Notes: generated by a model from the sequence alone, not told the origin. A stretch of 64,000 bases of DNA from Candidatus Omnitrophota bacterium (GCA_028716245.1 JAQUQW010000001.1:549925-613924), one strand, 5' to 3'; shown: positions 26,617 through 37,859, counted from the stretch's first letter. A program made the numbers and translations.

Positions 26617-28297
26617 AAAAGATATCTTTGGCCTCAAGGATCATTGATTCCTCCTGGCGCCAACTGTCTATTTTCGGGGTATAAACCAAGTCAAAAGAAG
26701 TTGCCTGCAACAAACTTTCTCTTAAACTGCTCATCCCAAAAGCAATTACCTGGCTGGTAGTCACTCCGTCAGTTGCCCAAAACTTTAAAGTCCCACGGTT
26801 TAAAAGCTGAACTTCTCCTTTAAGCCTCAATGCGCGCGTATAAAATAAAGGTTCGGGATTGGCCATACCAAACGGCTCCAAAAGTTCCAATTCCTTAACT
26901 AACCCCTCATTTAAATCCGCGAAACTAAGCTCTAAATCAATATCCCGGCTGGGAAGCAAATCATCAAAGTTCAACCGGTCGCTGGCCAACTTATTAATAC
27001 TTTTCCTGAAATCATCGATATTATCTTTAGTAATTAAGAGGCCGGCGGCATGGGCATGGCCGCCAAAACTATCCAGGAGCTCCTTAGAATCCATCAACGC
27101 GTCAAAGAGATGGAAATTTTGGATGGAGCGCGCCGAGCCCTTGCATAAATTTTCATTAATTGAGATAACAATCGCCGGCCGGTAAAATCTATCCGCCAGC
27201 TTGGAAGCCACAATCCCTAAAACACCCTGATGCCAGTCTTCTTTGGCAATCACAATGACTTTATGGTCCTTAAAATTAACCTGATGGTTAATCAGCTCCT
27301 CAGCTTCTTCTAAAATTTTCCCTTCAACCTTCTGGCGCTCGCGATTTAACTTCTCTAATTCTTTGGCTAAATCTTGCGCATCCGTGATACTCTGGCTCAT
27401 CAGCAGTTTTAAGGATACTTCGGCATTAGCCATCCTGCCGGCAGCATTTAAGCGCGGAGCAATAATAAAACTTACATAGGTAGAATTAAATTTTTTATTT
27501 TCGATTCCCGCGTTTTCGATGATCTGCCGCAAGCCCAATCTTTTAGTCTGCGGTAATCTAAACAAACCTTCTTTGACAATAATCCGGTTTTCTCCGGTTA
27601 ACGGCACGCTATCGGCAATTGTGCCTAAGGTAACCAAATCCAGGTCATCAACTAATAAAGAACCGGCTAAGCCTTGAGCGAATTTATAAGCTACCCCTAC
27701 CCCGGCCAGCTCCCGGTAAGGATAACCGGAATGTTTTACTTTGGGATTGATAATACAGGATGCCGCGGGTAAATTTGAATTTTGCGGCTCATGATGGTCG
27801 GTAACGATGACATCGATATTTGCCTGCCTCAAAGCCTGGATTTCTTTGTGGTTAACGATCCCGCAGTCAGCGGTAACCATAAGCCTTACCTGTTTTTCTT
27901 TGGCAAAATTAACAATTTCATTATTTAGGCCATAACCTTCGGTAATCCGGTGCGGAATATGGTGCAAAACATCCAAGCCCATTGCCTCAAGCGTAGTTTT
28001 AAGCAAGACCGTGCTGGTTATCCCATCCACATCATAATCGCCAAAGACCATTACCCTTTCTTTATTCTCTTGCGCCTTCTTCACCAGGCTGATTGCTTTA
28101 GGTATATCCGCGAATAAATGCGGGCTGAATAAATCGCCGATTGAAGGTTTGAGGAATTTTTCCGCCGAAGCTACCGTGGTGACTTTGCGGTTGATTAATA
28201 TTTGGGCTAATATTTTTGAGATGCCTAATTCTTTGGAAAACTGATTTTGCAGAGAAACATGGGGAGTGGCAATCCTTAAGATTTTATGCGAGGACAT
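26609..28297 (-). CDS. recJ: single-stranded-DNA-specific exonuclease RecJ
   Basis: DHH motifs (DYDVDGITS, VTDHH) and a DHHA1 domain, 562 aa. Confidence 0.9.
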   Translation of the reverse strand: MSSHKILRIATPHVSLQNQFSKELGISKILAQILINRKVTTVASAEKFLKPSIGDLFSPHLFADIPKAISLVKKAQENKERVMVFGDYDVDGITSTVLLKTTLEAMGLDVLHHIPHRITEGYGLNNEIVNFAKEKQVRLMVTADCGIVNHKEIQALRQANIDVIVTDHHEPQNSNLPAASCIINPKVKHSGYPYRELAGVGVAYKFAQGLAGSLLVDDLDLVTLGTIADSVPLTGENRIIVKEGLFRLPQTKRLGLRQIIENAGIENKKFNSTYVSFIIAPRLNAAGRMANAEVSLKLLMSQSITDAQDLAKELEKLNRERQKVEGKILEEAEELINHQVNFKDHKVIVIAKEDWHQGVLGIVASKLADRFYRPAIVISINENLCKGSARSIQNFHLFDALMDSKELLDSFGGHAHAAGLLITKDNIDDFRKSINKLASDRLNFDDLLPSRDIDLELSFADLNEGLVKELELLEPFGMANPEPLFYTRALRLKGEVQLLNRGTLKFWATDGVTTSQVIAFGMSSLRESLLQATSFDLVYTPKIDSWRQEESMILEAKDIFFK

Positions 28298-29937
28298 TAC
28301 ATTTTTTCCGGTTGAGCAATACCTAAAAGCTCTAATCCACAGGATAAAACAATTTTTACTCCTTTAATCAAGGCAAGGCGGGCGCCGGTTAAGGCGTCAT
28401 CCTGGCCTAAAACGCGGTGTAAATCGTAAAATTTATGGAAACTTTCCGAGAGCTCCTGAAGATATACTGTAAGCATATACGGGTCGCAAGTAACCAAACA
28501 AATGTTTAAGGCCGCCTCAAACTCTAACAATTTCTTGATCAAGCTTAACTCTTCTTTCTCTTTAAGCACAGAAAGATCTAAATCATCTTTAATTTTTACC
28601 GCGCTGCCGCGCAATATGCTGCAGATACGCGCGTGGGCATATTGGACATAGTAAACCGGGTTTTCCGAGGATTGTTTCTTGGCTACCTCTAAATCAAAGT
28701 CCAAGTGGCTGGAGGTGCGCCGCATTAAAAAGAAAAACCTGGAGGCATCTTTACCCACTTCCTCCAAAACCTCACGCAAAGTGATATATTGGCCGCGCCG
28801 GGTAGACATCTGGATTTCTTGTCCATTCCTAAAAATAGTCGCTAGCTGGACAATAACTACGGATAGGTCATCTTTATTATGTCCAAAGGCCTCAATCGAA
28901 GCCTTGATCCGGTTGATATAACCGTGATGGTCCGGGCCCCAGAGATTGATCAACCAGTTAAACCCGCGCTTAAATTTATCCTCGTGATACGCGATATCCG
29001 GCGCCAAATAGGTCTGGCTGCCATCGCTTTTAATAATTACCCGGTCCTTATCATCGCCAAAAGCGGTTGATTTAAACCAAAGCGCTCCGTCCTGCTCGTA
29101 CAAAAATCCTTTTTGTTTTAATTGCTCAAACGCCTGCTCGACTTTGCCGCTTTTAGCCAACTCTTTCTGCGAATACCAGCAGTCAAATTTAACTCCAAAA
29201 TCATCCAGCTCTTGCCTGATTATTTTTAAGATGTGTTCAGCGGCAAAATCTCCCAGATTATCCTCTTTGATTTTCTTATCTTGCGCTTCTTTGGCAATAT
29301 CTCTGATATAATCTCCCTGATAATAATTTTCAGGGAACTCAATAGTTCCGCCTTTTAATTCTTTAAGCCGTAACTGGACAGACTTGCCCAAAATATTTAT
29401 CTGGTTACCCTCATCATTAAGATAATATTCCCGGCTGACCTTAAAACCGATAAAAGACAAAACATTGGCCAGACAATCCCCGACTGCCGCCTGACGGGCG
29501 TGGGCAACCGATAAAGAACCGGTGGGATTGGCGCTGACAAATTCAATTAAAACTTTTTTGCCGCATCCTTTATCTACCCTTAACGCCTCTTTGCCTTTAA
29601 TGATTATTTTACGCAGCTTCTCATAAAAATAATCTTCTTTAAGGTAAAAGTTTATAAACCCGGCGCCCTCCACTTTTACCTGGGTGATTAAATCTTTTAA
29701 ATCTTTATTTTTTTCGATTTCCTTCTGAATGGATTCAACTAACTGGCTGGCAATAACCCGCGGCGGCTGCTTTAGCTCTTTACTTAATTTTAAGGCGATA
29801 TTGGTGGTAAAATCGCCGAAACGCTTATCGGTAGGAAGTTCAAGAAAAATATCTTCCTTTTGATTAGCGGCCAGGCCGCAACGCGCGAGGCCTGCGCTAA
29901 CTAAAGCAATAAGCTGCTGTTGAACATCATTCTTCAT
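28297..29937 (-). CDS. argS: arginine--tRNA ligase
   Basis: 546-aa class-I synthetase with the HIGH-type motif ANPTGSLSVAHAR and a C-terminal DALR anticodon-binding domain. Confidence 0.9.
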   Translation of the reverse strand: MKNDVQQQLIALVSAGLARCGLAANQKEDIFLELPTDKRFGDFTTNIALKLSKELKQPPRVIASQLVESIQKEIEKNKDLKDLITQVKVEGAGFINFYLKEDYFYEKLRKIIIKGKEALRVDKGCGKKVLIEFVSANPTGSLSVAHARQAAVGDCLANVLSFIGFKVSREYYLNDEGNQINILGKSVQLRLKELKGGTIEFPENYYQGDYIRDIAKEAQDKKIKEDNLGDFAAEHILKIIRQELDDFGVKFDCWYSQKELAKSGKVEQAFEQLKQKGFLYEQDGALWFKSTAFGDDKDRVIIKSDGSQTYLAPDIAYHEDKFKRGFNWLINLWGPDHHGYINRIKASIEAFGHNKDDLSVVIVQLATIFRNGQEIQMSTRRGQYITLREVLEEVGKDASRFFFLMRRTSSHLDFDLEVAKKQSSENPVYYVQYAHARICSILRGSAVKIKDDLDLSVLKEKEELSLIKKLLEFEAALNICLVTCDPYMLTVYLQELSESFHKFYDLHRVLGQDDALTGARLALIKGVKIVLSCGLELLGIAQPEKM

Positions 29938-29976
29938 TTTTATTTTTAAATTACGGTTGGTGCGAATAAAGGTAAG

Positions 29977-30333
29977 CTATTTTCTAGGGGCAATCACTCT
30001 TACTTTTTTAGCGTCAGACCAAAGCCCCTCTAAAGAATAAAACTCTCTCACCGGTTCATAAAACGAATGGGCGATTACGGAAACATAATCCAGGGCGATC
30101 CAGCCCGACTCATCGTTTCGCGAAATCTTAGAGAGAGATTTTATTTTTTTTAATTCCAGGTCGTCCTGAATTGCCTGGGCGATCGCCGTGGCCTGCCTGA
30201 TCGAAGTACCGCTGGCAATGACAAAATAGTCGCAGAACCCGGCTATCTTGGAAACATCCAGAATTACAACATCCTCGGCTTTTTTGGCTTTAGCAACCCA
30301 GGCAATGCGTTGGGCTAATTGTTTCGAGTCTAT
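29977..30333 (-). CDS. rsfS: ribosome silencing factor RsfS (Iojap family), apparent AUA start
   Basis: The minus strand reads IDSKQLAQRIAWVAKAKKAEDVVILDVSKIAGFCDYFVIASGTSIRQATAIAQAI...WIALDYVSVIAHSFYEPVREFYSLEGLWSDAK. There is no in-frame ATG/GTG/TTG; ATA is preceded by AGAGG with a 7-nt spacer. Not in the ORF track. Confidence 0.75.
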   Translation of the reverse strand: MDSKQLAQRIAWVAKAKKAEDVVILDVSKIAGFCDYFVIASGTSIRQATAIAQAIQDDLELKKIKSLSKISRNDESGWIALDYVSVIAHSFYEPVREFYSLEGLWSDAKKVRVIAPRK

Positions 30334-30359
30334 TTTATTACCTCTATTCTAAAAAGCGG

Positions 30360-30512
30360 CTACTTGGCTTTTCCTAAAATCTTATACATACCGGTCCCGC
30401 ATTCAGGGCACTTGCCTTTCATCGCGGCGCGGCCGTTTTTCATGGTGACCTTCTGTTCATCCTTCATCGCTTTCTTGCCTTTGCATTTTACGCAATATCC
30501 TGTTTCTGCCAT
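30360..30512 (-). CDS. small zinc-ribbon protein (DUF5679-like), 50 aa
   Basis: MAETGYCVKCKGKKAMKDEQKVTMKNGRAAMKGKCPECGTGMYKILGKAK has two CxxC pairs. GGAGG lies 6 nt before the ATG. It falls below the ORF-track size cut-off. Confidence 0.65.
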   Translation of the reverse strand: MAETGYCVKCKGKKAMKDEQKVTMKNGRAAMKGKCPECGTGMYKILGKAK

Positions 30513-30524
30513 TTGTTTCCTCCT

Positions 30525-30608
30525 TTAAATGAGCACTTAACTTACGAACACGATAGTGTGAGTAAGTTAATGTGCGAATTTATCCCGCCGAATAATTTGA
30601 GGCGGGAG
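30525..30608 (-). repeat. two-hairpin intergenic element, copy 2
   Basis: ttaaatgagcacttaacttacgaacacgatagtgtgagtaagttaatgtgcgaatttatcccgccgaataatttgaggcgggag. It starts 12 nt before the Zn-ribbon ATG. Confidence 0.85.
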
Positions 30609-30666
30609 AATGTCTTATCGTTTTCAATACCCCTTGATTCTAACACAGGTTAATTTTGATGTCAAA

Positions 30667-31668
30667 TTATTTACTGATGCTTTTCCTTCGGGAATATTTT
30701 TCTTCGATCTCTCCGACAATTTCTTCAATCAAATCTTCTAATGTCACCAACCCCAGAGTTTTTCTGTCTTTATCCACGATAATGGCTATCTGCCTTTTCT
30801 CCGTCTGGAACCTTTTTAGGAGGTCATTTACCCGCGTTGAACTGGAAACAAAACAGGCTTCATGAAGCAGATCCTGCAATAGGAATAAACCTTTTTCGCG
30901 CAATATATAAAGCAGGTCTTGGGCATAAACTATGCCGACAATATTATCTTTACTCTCCTTATATACCGGAAGCCGGGCGTGGCCTTCCTCGACAAATATA
31001 TTTAACAGGTCATTGGAAGTAGTATTTATATCTACGGCAATAATTTTTTCTTTAGGCACCATTATATCCGTCAGCTTAGTATCGCCGAATTCAAAGATAC
31101 GATGCAGCATCTTAAGCTGATCCTGGGTTAAAACCCCCTCCTCCTGGCCTATTTCAATCATCGTTTTTAATTCTTCTTCGGTAATCAAAGGGGATTTTTT
31201 AGCAACACTTAAACCAAAAATTTTTAAAATGAAATTGCTGATCCCGATAAAGAATATGATCAGGGGCTTAAAGATTACCAAAACTACCTCCATTAATGGC
31301 GCGGTAATTAAGGCCATCTTTTCCGTATGCTTAGCCGAAAGGATCTTGGGAGTAACTTCGCAGAAAATAAGCAGGACCATGGTGGTCACAAAAGTAGAAA
31401 CAACCACCCCCCAGCGATAACCGTAAACCTGGACAAAAATACCGGTTACAATCGATGAGACGGCAATATTGACGATATTATTGCCGATAAGTATGGCGGC
31501 AATTACTTTATCTAATTTAGACACAAGGCGATGGATACTGGAAGCCCCGGTAATCCCTTTTTGCACCATATGGCGCAACTTGATTTTACTTAATCCGATA
31601 ATTGAAGTCTCGGAAGCAGAGAAAAAGAACGAAAGCACAGCCAGGATTATTAAAATTAAAAATATCAT
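30667..31668 (-). CDS. CNNM/HlyC/CorC-family transporter (DUF21 + tandem CBS domains)
   Basis: 333 aa with an N-terminal DUF21 membrane domain and a CBS pair. Confidence 0.8.
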   Translation of the reverse strand: MIFLILIILAVLSFFFSASETSIIGLSKIKLRHMVQKGITGASSIHRLVSKLDKVIAAILIGNNIVNIAVSSIVTGIFVQVYGYRWGVVVSTFVTTMVLLIFCEVTPKILSAKHTEKMALITAPLMEVVLVIFKPLIIFFIGISNFILKIFGLSVAKKSPLITEEELKTMIEIGQEEGVLTQDQLKMLHRIFEFGDTKLTDIMVPKEKIIAVDINTTSNDLLNIFVEEGHARLPVYKESKDNIVGIVYAQDLLYILREKGLFLLQDLLHEACFVSSSTRVNDLLKRFQTEKRQIAIIVDKDRKTLGLVTLEDLIEEIVGEIEEKYSRRKSISK

Positions 31669-31670
31669 CT

Positions 31671-32939
31671 TTATCCTAAATTAAGTTTTGCGTAAATATC
31701 TTTCTCTTTATTCCCGGGCGGGCCGATTAAGGCCAAATTTATCTTTTTATTATTAAAAATCTTACCGGCAACCTCGCGTACATCTTCCATATTCACTTTA
31801 TTTACTTCTTTGATAATCTGCTCCAATGTATATGCCTTATCTAAACAGGCAACGCTCTCGCCCATCCAAAGCATATACTCCATCGTATCTTCTAAAGCCA
31901 AGCTAAGCTGGCCGGCATAAAATTCTTTTGCCCGGCAAAACTCATCTTTGCGCACAATGGTTTTTCTTAGTTTTCCTAGCTCTTGAAATATCAGGCCCAG
32001 GCAATCTTCTACTTTATGGTTATCAATCCCGGCGTGCACCAGGAACTCCCCGGTATCGGCAAAACGTTTAATCCCTGTTCCAATTTCATAGGCCAAACCT
32101 CTTTTTTCTCTAACCTCATTAAAAAGCCGGCTGGACATATTGGCGCCTAAGATTATGTGCAATAACGCCTGAGCGTGCCTTAAAGGATCTCCGCGTTTTA
32201 AAGCATGAAAACCCAGGGCCATATGCGTTTGTTCAGTGTCTTTGTGAAAAATTTTTAACTGCGGTTTTCCCTGGCCCTCTTTAACCGCCGTGAATGTATT
32301 TAATTTAGCCGCAGCCTGCGCTGAAAAAATGGCGGAAACCTCATTTACCAGTAAATCATGCTCCAGCAATCCGGCCGCGCTGATTACGATATTAGCCGGG
32401 GTGTAGCGGCTGGCCTGATATTTTTTTAAACTATCCCGGTTAATACTATTTACCGAATCTACGGAGCCGATTATCGGTAAGCCTAATGGCTGGTGCGGCC
32501 AAAGCAGTTCATCCAGCAGCTCATAAACATAGTTTTGCGGAAGATCGCGGTACATCTTCAGCTCTTCCAGGATGACTGTTCTTTCTTTGGTAATATCCGC
32601 CTGTTTTAAAGACGGATTAAGGACCATATCGGACAAGATATTTAAAGCGTGGATCAAATAACGGCTGGGGATTTTTACCAGATAACAAGTAAACTCTTCG
32701 GAGGTAAAACCATTCAATGTCCCGCCGACTCCCTCAATCGACTCTTTAATCGCGCGGCAGGAATATTTTTTGCTGCCCTTAAAAAGAAGGTGCTCCAGGT
32801 AATGCGAGATCCCTTTTTGAAAAGCCGCCTCATAGCGGCCGCCGATATTGATCCAAATACCTAAAGATACGGATTTGGCCTGGCTTAAGGATTTGGAAAT
32901 TATCCTTAAGCCATTGCCTAATTTGCTCCTTCTATACAT
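31671..32939 (-). CDS. M16-family zinc metallopeptidase (insulinase-like)
   Basis: Inverted zinc motif HYLEHLLF (HxxEH), 422 aa. Confidence 0.8.
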   Translation of the reverse strand: MYRRSKLGNGLRIISKSLSQAKSVSLGIWINIGGRYEAAFQKGISHYLEHLLFKGSKKYSCRAIKESIEGVGGTLNGFTSEEFTCYLVKIPSRYLIHALNILSDMVLNPSLKQADITKERTVILEELKMYRDLPQNYVYELLDELLWPHQPLGLPIIGSVDSVNSINRDSLKKYQASRYTPANIVISAAGLLEHDLLVNEVSAIFSAQAAAKLNTFTAVKEGQGKPQLKIFHKDTEQTHMALGFHALKRGDPLRHAQALLHIILGANMSSRLFNEVREKRGLAYEIGTGIKRFADTGEFLVHAGIDNHKVEDCLGLIFQELGKLRKTIVRKDEFCRAKEFYAGQLSLALEDTMEYMLWMGESVACLDKAYTLEQIIKEVNKVNMEDVREVAGKIFNNKKINLALIGPPGNKEKDIYAKLNLG

Positions 32940-33717
32940 TAAGCCTTTCTACAAAGCTGCCTACTCTTTGCACTAAGTTGCCGCGGCCGATATTTTCTTT
33001 GATCTGTTTGACGATAGCGCTTCCGACAATTACGCCGTCGGAAATCTTCGAAACTTCTTTTACCTGAACCGCGTTAGAAATACCAAAACCGACGCAAACC
33101 GGTTTAGCGGTTAATTTTTTTATCCTTAAAAGGTTGGCTTTAAGATCCGCGCTTAAATTATCGCGGCTGCCGGTTACTCCGGTCAAAGAAACATAGTAAA
33201 TAAAACCTTGATCAGCTTTAGATATTAATTTGATCCGCGCGTTGGAACTGGTCGGAGCGACAAAACAAATATTGACCAGGCCCTTCTTATTGGCGTAATG
33301 CATAAAATCTTTTGCTTCCTCAGGCGGTAAATCCGGAATAATTACTCCGTCAACTCCGGCGGCTGCGGCTTGATTGATAAACCGCCTGTCTCCAAAACAA
33401 AAAACAGGATTGTAATAGGTCATTAAACATATCGGCAACTCTGTAGTTTGGCGTAATTTCTTTACCAAATCTAAAATCTTAACCAGATTGGTTCCTTTTT
33501 TAAGAGAATAACCGGAGGCCTCCTGGATTACCGGGCCGTCAGCCAAAGGGTCTGAAAAAGGCACCCCTAATTCAATTATATCTGTGCCTCTTTTTTCAAG
33601 TTCAATCACCAATTTTGCGGTTGTCGATAAATCCGGATAACCGGCGGTTATAAAAGCAATAAATGCTTTCCTGCCCTGCTTCTTTAATTGGATAAATTTC
33701 TGATCAATACGATTCAT
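32932..33717 (-). CDS. trpA: tryptophan synthase alpha chain
   Basis: 261-aa TrpA family ([18 protein letters not shown]). Confidence 0.9.
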   Translation of the reverse strand: MNRIDQKFIQLKKQGRKAFIAFITAGYPDLSTTAKLVIELEKRGTDIIELGVPFSDPLADGPVIQEASGYSLKKGTNLVKILDLVKKLRQTTELPICLMTYYNPVFCFGDRRFINQAAAAGVDGVIIPDLPPEEAKDFMHYANKKGLVNICFVAPTSSNARIKLISKADQGFIYYVSLTGVTGSRDNLSADLKANLLRIKKLTAKPVCVGFGISNAVQVKEVSKISDGVIVGSAIVKQIKENIGRGNLVQRVGSFVERLNV

Positions 33718-34879
33718 GCAGGTCCTTATCCCCTCTTCCGGAGAGGCAAACGATCACAGTGGCGTCTTTCTTAATCTTTTTCCCCGCTTTTTTCAAATAG
33801 GCAATGGCGTGGGCGGATTCTAGCGCCGGGATAATCCCTTCCACCTTGGATAATAATTTAAAACCTTCCACAGCTTCTTTATCGGTGATGGCCGCATAAT
33901 CGGCCCGTTCTATCTCTCGATAATAGGCATGTTCCGGCCCGACCCCTGGATAATCCAGCCCCGCGGCGATTGAATGCGCGTTTTTGATTTGGCCGAATTT
34001 ATCCTCTAAGATTTTTGATTTTGAACCGTGCAAAACTCCGGTTGAGCCAAATTCAAGGCTTGCCGAATGTTTTCCCGATGCTATTCCTAAACCCGCGGCT
34101 TCTACCCCGATCATCTTGACATTACTATCATTAAAAAATGGGTGGAATAAACCAATAGCGTTGCTTCCTCCGCCAACACAAGCAACCAAATAATCCGGCA
34201 GGCGGTTATCTTTTTTTAAAATTTGGGCGCGGGCTTCAACTCCGATCACGGATTGAAAGTTGCGCACCATTTCAGGATACGGATGCGGCCCAGCTACTGT
34301 TCCGATCACATAATAAGTATTACGTACATTAGTTACCCAGTCGCGCAAGGCCTCGGTCATGGCATCTTTTAAAGTCTGCGTTCCGCTTTTAACGCTAATT
34401 ACCCGGGCGCCCAGTAGTTTCATCCGCAGGACATTTAAAGCCTGGCGATGGATATCTTCTTCCCCCATATACACATCGCATTCCAATCCGAATAAAGCCG
34501 CCACCGTAGCGGTAGCTACTCCGTGCTGGCCTGCCCCGGTCTCGGCAATCAATCTTCTCTTGCCCATCCTGACCGCCAAAAGCACCTGGCCCAAAGTATT
34601 GTTAATCTTATGCGCGCCGGTATGTAAAAGATCCTCGCGTTTTAGATAAACCTTTTTTATCCCTAAATACTGGCTTAAATTTTTCGCTAAGTATAACGGA
34701 GTGGGCCGGCCGGCGTAATCGCTCAGATAATAAGTGAGTTCTTTGGCAAATTTTTTATCTTTCCTGGCTTTGGAATACTCGTTTTCTAATTCATCGAGGG
34801 CATAGATCAGCGTCTCCGGGACAAATCTTCCGCCAAAGATACCAAAGTGCCCGCTTTTATCCGGTAGTTTATTTTTCAT
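33704..34879 (-). CDS. trpB: tryptophan synthase beta chain
   Basis: 391-aa PLP enzyme ([19 protein letters not shown]). Confidence 0.95.
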   Translation of the reverse strand: MKNKLPDKSGHFGIFGGRFVPETLIYALDELENEYSKARKDKKFAKELTYYLSDYAGRPTPLYLAKNLSQYLGIKKVYLKREDLLHTGAHKINNTLGQVLLAVRMGKRRLIAETGAGQHGVATATVAALFGLECDVYMGEEDIHRQALNVLRMKLLGARVISVKSGTQTLKDAMTEALRDWVTNVRNTYYVIGTVAGPHPYPEMVRNFQSVIGVEARAQILKKDNRLPDYLVACVGGGSNAIGLFHPFFNDSNVKMIGVEAAGLGIASGKHSASLEFGSTGVLHGSKSKILEDKFGQIKNAHSIAAGLDYPGVGPEHAYYREIERADYAAITDKEAVEGFKLLSKVEGIIPALESAHAIAYLKKAGKKIKKDATVIVCLSGRGDKDLHESY

Positions 34880-34881
34880 AA

Positions 34882-35490
34882 TTAAATTTTCTTCATAAAT
34901 TCCTGGATCTTCTTATGGTCCTTCTTGCCGGGCTTTGATTCCAGGCTGCTGGAAACATCCACCCAATCGGGCCTTAATAATTTAATCGCCTTCTTCACGT
35001 TGCCGGCAGCCAAGCCGCCTGACAAAAATACAACAGGCTCCATTCTAGCTGTTTGCGCGAGTATTTTCCAGTTAAATTTTTTCCCTGTCCCGCCCAGCTT
35101 GGTTCTTGAAAAACTGTCGAATAGATAAGCAAAAGTTTTATACCTGGCTACGTCCTCTAAATCTTCCTGATTATTTATCCTGAAGGCCTTGATTACTTTA
35201 TATCCTTTAAATTTCCGGCAGTAATCGGGTGATTCCTGGCCGTGAAACTGCAGTATATCTAAATTACAGAGCCTGGCGATTTTTTTTACTTTTGCGATAT
35301 CTTCGTTGACAAAAACCCCCGCCCGTTTGATTTTTTTCGGTAAAATCCGCGATATATTTGCCGCTTTGGCCGGGCTGATAAAACGGGGGCTTTTATCATA
35401 GAAGACAAATCCGATAGCGCTGGCTCCGGCAAACAATGCCGCCAAAGCATCCTCTAAATTAGTAATCCCGCAAATCTTAACTTTTACCAA
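34882..35490 (-). CDS. trpF: phosphoribosylanthranilate isomerase
   Basis: VKICGIT N-terminus, 202 aa. Confidence 0.85.
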   Translation of the reverse strand: MVKVKICGITNLEDALAALFAGASAIGFVFYDKSPRFISPAKAANISRILPKKIKRAGVFVNEDIAKVKKIARLCNLDILQFHGQESPDYCRKFKGYKVIKAFRINNQEDLEDVARYKTFAYLFDSFSRTKLGGTGKKFNWKILAQTARMEPVVFLSGGLAAGNVKKAIKLLRPDWVDVSSSLESKPGKKDHKKIQEFMKKI

Positions 35491-36272
35491 CCCATTACCT
35501 CATCCACTTTACTTTTTATATCCGCTGACTCCATAAAAGCAGTTCCGACTAATACGGCGCTAGCCCCCAGAATTTTCAGGAATAAAACATCCTGGGAATT
35601 TTTAATTCCGCTTTCCACAACCACTATTTTATCTTTGGGGACCAAAGTAAATAATTTTTCCGTAGTCTTAAAATCAACCTCCAGTGTATGCAGATTGCGG
35701 TTATTAATTCCGATTATCGGCACCTTTAAATTCAACACCTTCTTTAATTCCTTCTCATCGTGCACCTCGACCAGATAATCCAGGCCAAGCTCATCGGCAA
35801 TCCGCATAAACTCAACTAATTTGTCTTTGGTCAATAAATCCGCGATTAAAAGAATCGCGTCAGCCCCTAAAAAACGCGATTCATAAACCTGATAGCTTTC
35901 CAAAATAAAATCTTTTCTTAAAACCGGGCCGCTAAATATGGCCTTTACTTCATTTAGGTAAGCGGGATTGCCATTAAAAAAATCCTCTTCAGTTAATACG
36001 GAAAGCGCCTGAACCCCTGCCTCTTGATAAGCCCGGGCAATATCAGCTAAATTAAAATCCTGGCGGATTACCCCTTGGGAAGGCGAAGCTTGTTTTATTT
36101 CAGCGATAAGTGAAATCTGCCGCGGTTTACTGATTGCCTCTTTGAACGCACGCGTAGCCGGCAAGCCGGCTAATTTTGCTTTTAAATCTTCCGGACTTAA
36201 TTGTTGTTGGCTTAAAGCAATTCTTTCCTTCTTTTTGGCGACGATCTCTTTGAGTATGTCGGTTTTAGCCAT
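35484..36272 (-). CDS. trpC: indole-3-glycerol-phosphate synthase
   Basis: IAEIKQASPSQG motif, 262 aa. Confidence 0.9.
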   Translation of the reverse strand: MAKTDILKEIVAKKKERIALSQQQLSPEDLKAKLAGLPATRAFKEAISKPRQISLIAEIKQASPSQGVIRQDFNLADIARAYQEAGVQALSVLTEEDFFNGNPAYLNEVKAIFSGPVLRKDFILESYQVYESRFLGADAILLIADLLTKDKLVEFMRIADELGLDYLVEVHDEKELKKVLNLKVPIIGINNRNLHTLEVDFKTTEKLFTLVPKDKIVVVESGIKNSQDVLFLKILGASAVLVGTAFMESADIKSKVDEVMGW

Positions 36273-36273
36273 C

Positions 36274-37281
36274 TTATTGCGAATATTCCTTTAATAGCTC
36301 AAGTTTTTTAAGCGCCGCGCCTGAATCAATTGCTTTCTGCGCTAGTTTTATTCCCGCGGCAATCGTTTCCGTTTTATCCGCGGCGTAAATAGCGCATCCG
36401 GCATTAAGTAAAACAATATCCCTCTTGCTTCCCTTCTTGCCGGCCAATACCTCCTGGACAATCTTTACATTTTCAGCGATGGACCCGCCTAATAAATCAG
36501 CAAATTTAGCCCTCTTTAAGCCAAAATCCTCCGGAGTAATTTGGTAATCTTTTAACTGGCTGTTTCTTACCTCGGAGACAAAAGTTTTATCAGTAGTCGT
36601 AACTTCATCCAGGCCATCTGCGCCATGCACCACTAAAACGTGCTTGGTGCCTAAATTATGTAAAACTTGCGCTAACGGCTTGGTCCATTCCTTGGAATAT
36701 ACGCCGATTAGCTGGTTAGTTGCCCGCGCCGGGTTAATCAAAGGCCCTAAAATATTAAACATGGTCTTACGCGCAATTTGTTTTCGAGCCGCCATAACAA
36801 AACGCATTGCCGGATGCAGGTTTGGGGCGAATAAAAAAGCAATGCCTATCTCTTCCAGGCATTTTTTGATTTTTGCCTTATCCATATTAATATTAACGCC
36901 GAGTGCCTCCAGGATATCCGCGCTGCCGCATTTACTGGATACCGAGCGATTGCCGTGTTTGGCCACGGTTACCCCTGCGCCGCTGGCTACCAAGGCAGTT
37001 ACCGTTGAAATATTAAAAGTCCCTTTTTTATCCCCGCCTGTTCCGCAGGTATCCAGTATGTTTGGCTTATCGACGATAATCGGCTCAACGTATTTAAGCA
37101 TTACATTGACCGCGGCAGTTAGCTCTCCTACTGTTTCGCCTTTAGCATTCAAAGAAGTCAAAAACTCGACGATATCGGCGGTTTCCGCCGCGCCGCTTAA
37201 AATCTCCTGCATCACCTGCTGCATCTGCAGATCGGTCAGATCTTTTTTATTAACCAGTTGTTTAATTAAATCTTTGATCAT
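36274..37281 (-). CDS. trpD: anthranilate phosphoribosyltransferase
   Basis: [16 protein letters not shown] motif, 335 aa. Confidence 0.9.
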   Translation of the reverse strand: MIKDLIKQLVNKKDLTDLQMQQVMQEILSGAAETADIVEFLTSLNAKGETVGELTAAVNVMLKYVEPIIVDKPNILDTCGTGGDKKGTFNISTVTALVASGAGVTVAKHGNRSVSSKCGSADILEALGVNINMDKAKIKKCLEEIGIAFLFAPNLHPAMRFVMAARKQIARKTMFNILGPLINPARATNQLIGVYSKEWTKPLAQVLHNLGTKHVLVVHGADGLDEVTTTDKTFVSEVRNSQLKDYQITPEDFGLKRAKFADLLGGSIAENVKIVQEVLAGKKGSKRDIVLLNAGCAIYAADKTETIAAGIKLAQKAIDSGAALKKLELLKEYSQ

Positions 37282-37859
37282 TTGATCTTGATAAAATTAT
37301 CCAATATCTGTTTTCCGCTTTTGGTAAGTATGGATTCAGGGTGGAACTGCACTCCCCAGATAGAGTATTCTTTATGTTTTAACCCCATAATTTCATCTTC
37401 CTTGGTGCTGGCGGTTATTTCCAGGCAAGCCGGTAAACTTTTTTTCTCAACCAGCAGGGAATGATATCGGGTAGCCAAAAATGGATTGGGAATATTTTTA
37501 AAAATATCTTTTTTATTATGATAAATCTTGGAGGTCTTCCCGTGCATGAGTTTTGCGGCTCCGACGATCCTGCCGCCAAAAACATAACCGATCGCCTGAT
37601 GCCCCAGGCAAACCCCCAGAATCGGAATTTTACCCGCGAATTCCCGGATAACCGCGCAGGAAATCCCGGCATCCTCCGGCCTCCCCGGCCCCGGAGATAT
37701 AACAATTCTATCCGGATTAAGTTTTTTAATATCCTTAATGGCCAAGGCGTCATTGCGGTAAACTAAAACCTTCTGCCCCAATTCCCCTAAATACTGCACC
37801 AGGTTATAGGTAAAAGAGTCGTAATTATCAATCATTAAAATCATTCTTTTTCTCTCCAA
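37278..37859 (-). CDS. trpG: anthranilate synthase component II / glutamine amidotransferase (TrpG/PabA)
   Basis: Class-I GATase with the GVCLGHQ catalytic Cys and HPES, 193 aa. Confidence 0.85.
   Translation of the reverse strand: MERKRMILMIDNYDSFTYNLVQYLGELGQKVLVYRNDALAIKDIKKLNPDRIVISPGPGRPEDAGISCAVIREFAGKIPILGVCLGHQAIGYVFGGRIVGAAKLMHGKTSKIYHNKKDIFKNIPNPFLATRYHSLLVEKKSLPACLEITASTKEDEIMGLKHKEYSIWGVQFHPESILTKSGKQILDNFIKIK

Noticed and set aside
28297-29976. T-box leaders upstream of argS and trpS.
   Set aside because: Both genes start less than 45 nt after the preceding gene (rsfS, infB), leaving no room for a 200-300-nt T-box.
36644-37285. Long plus-strand ORFs (e.g. 36644-37285 at 213 aa, 14143-14553, 3227-3634, 11-313, 790-1119, 6972-7469) antisense to the minus-strand genes.
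   Set aside because: They lie entirely inside well-supported minus-strand genes (trpD, pnp, ribD, ligA, ribBA), have low-complexity Ser/Pro/Ala-rich translations and no RBS. They are spurious antisense frames.
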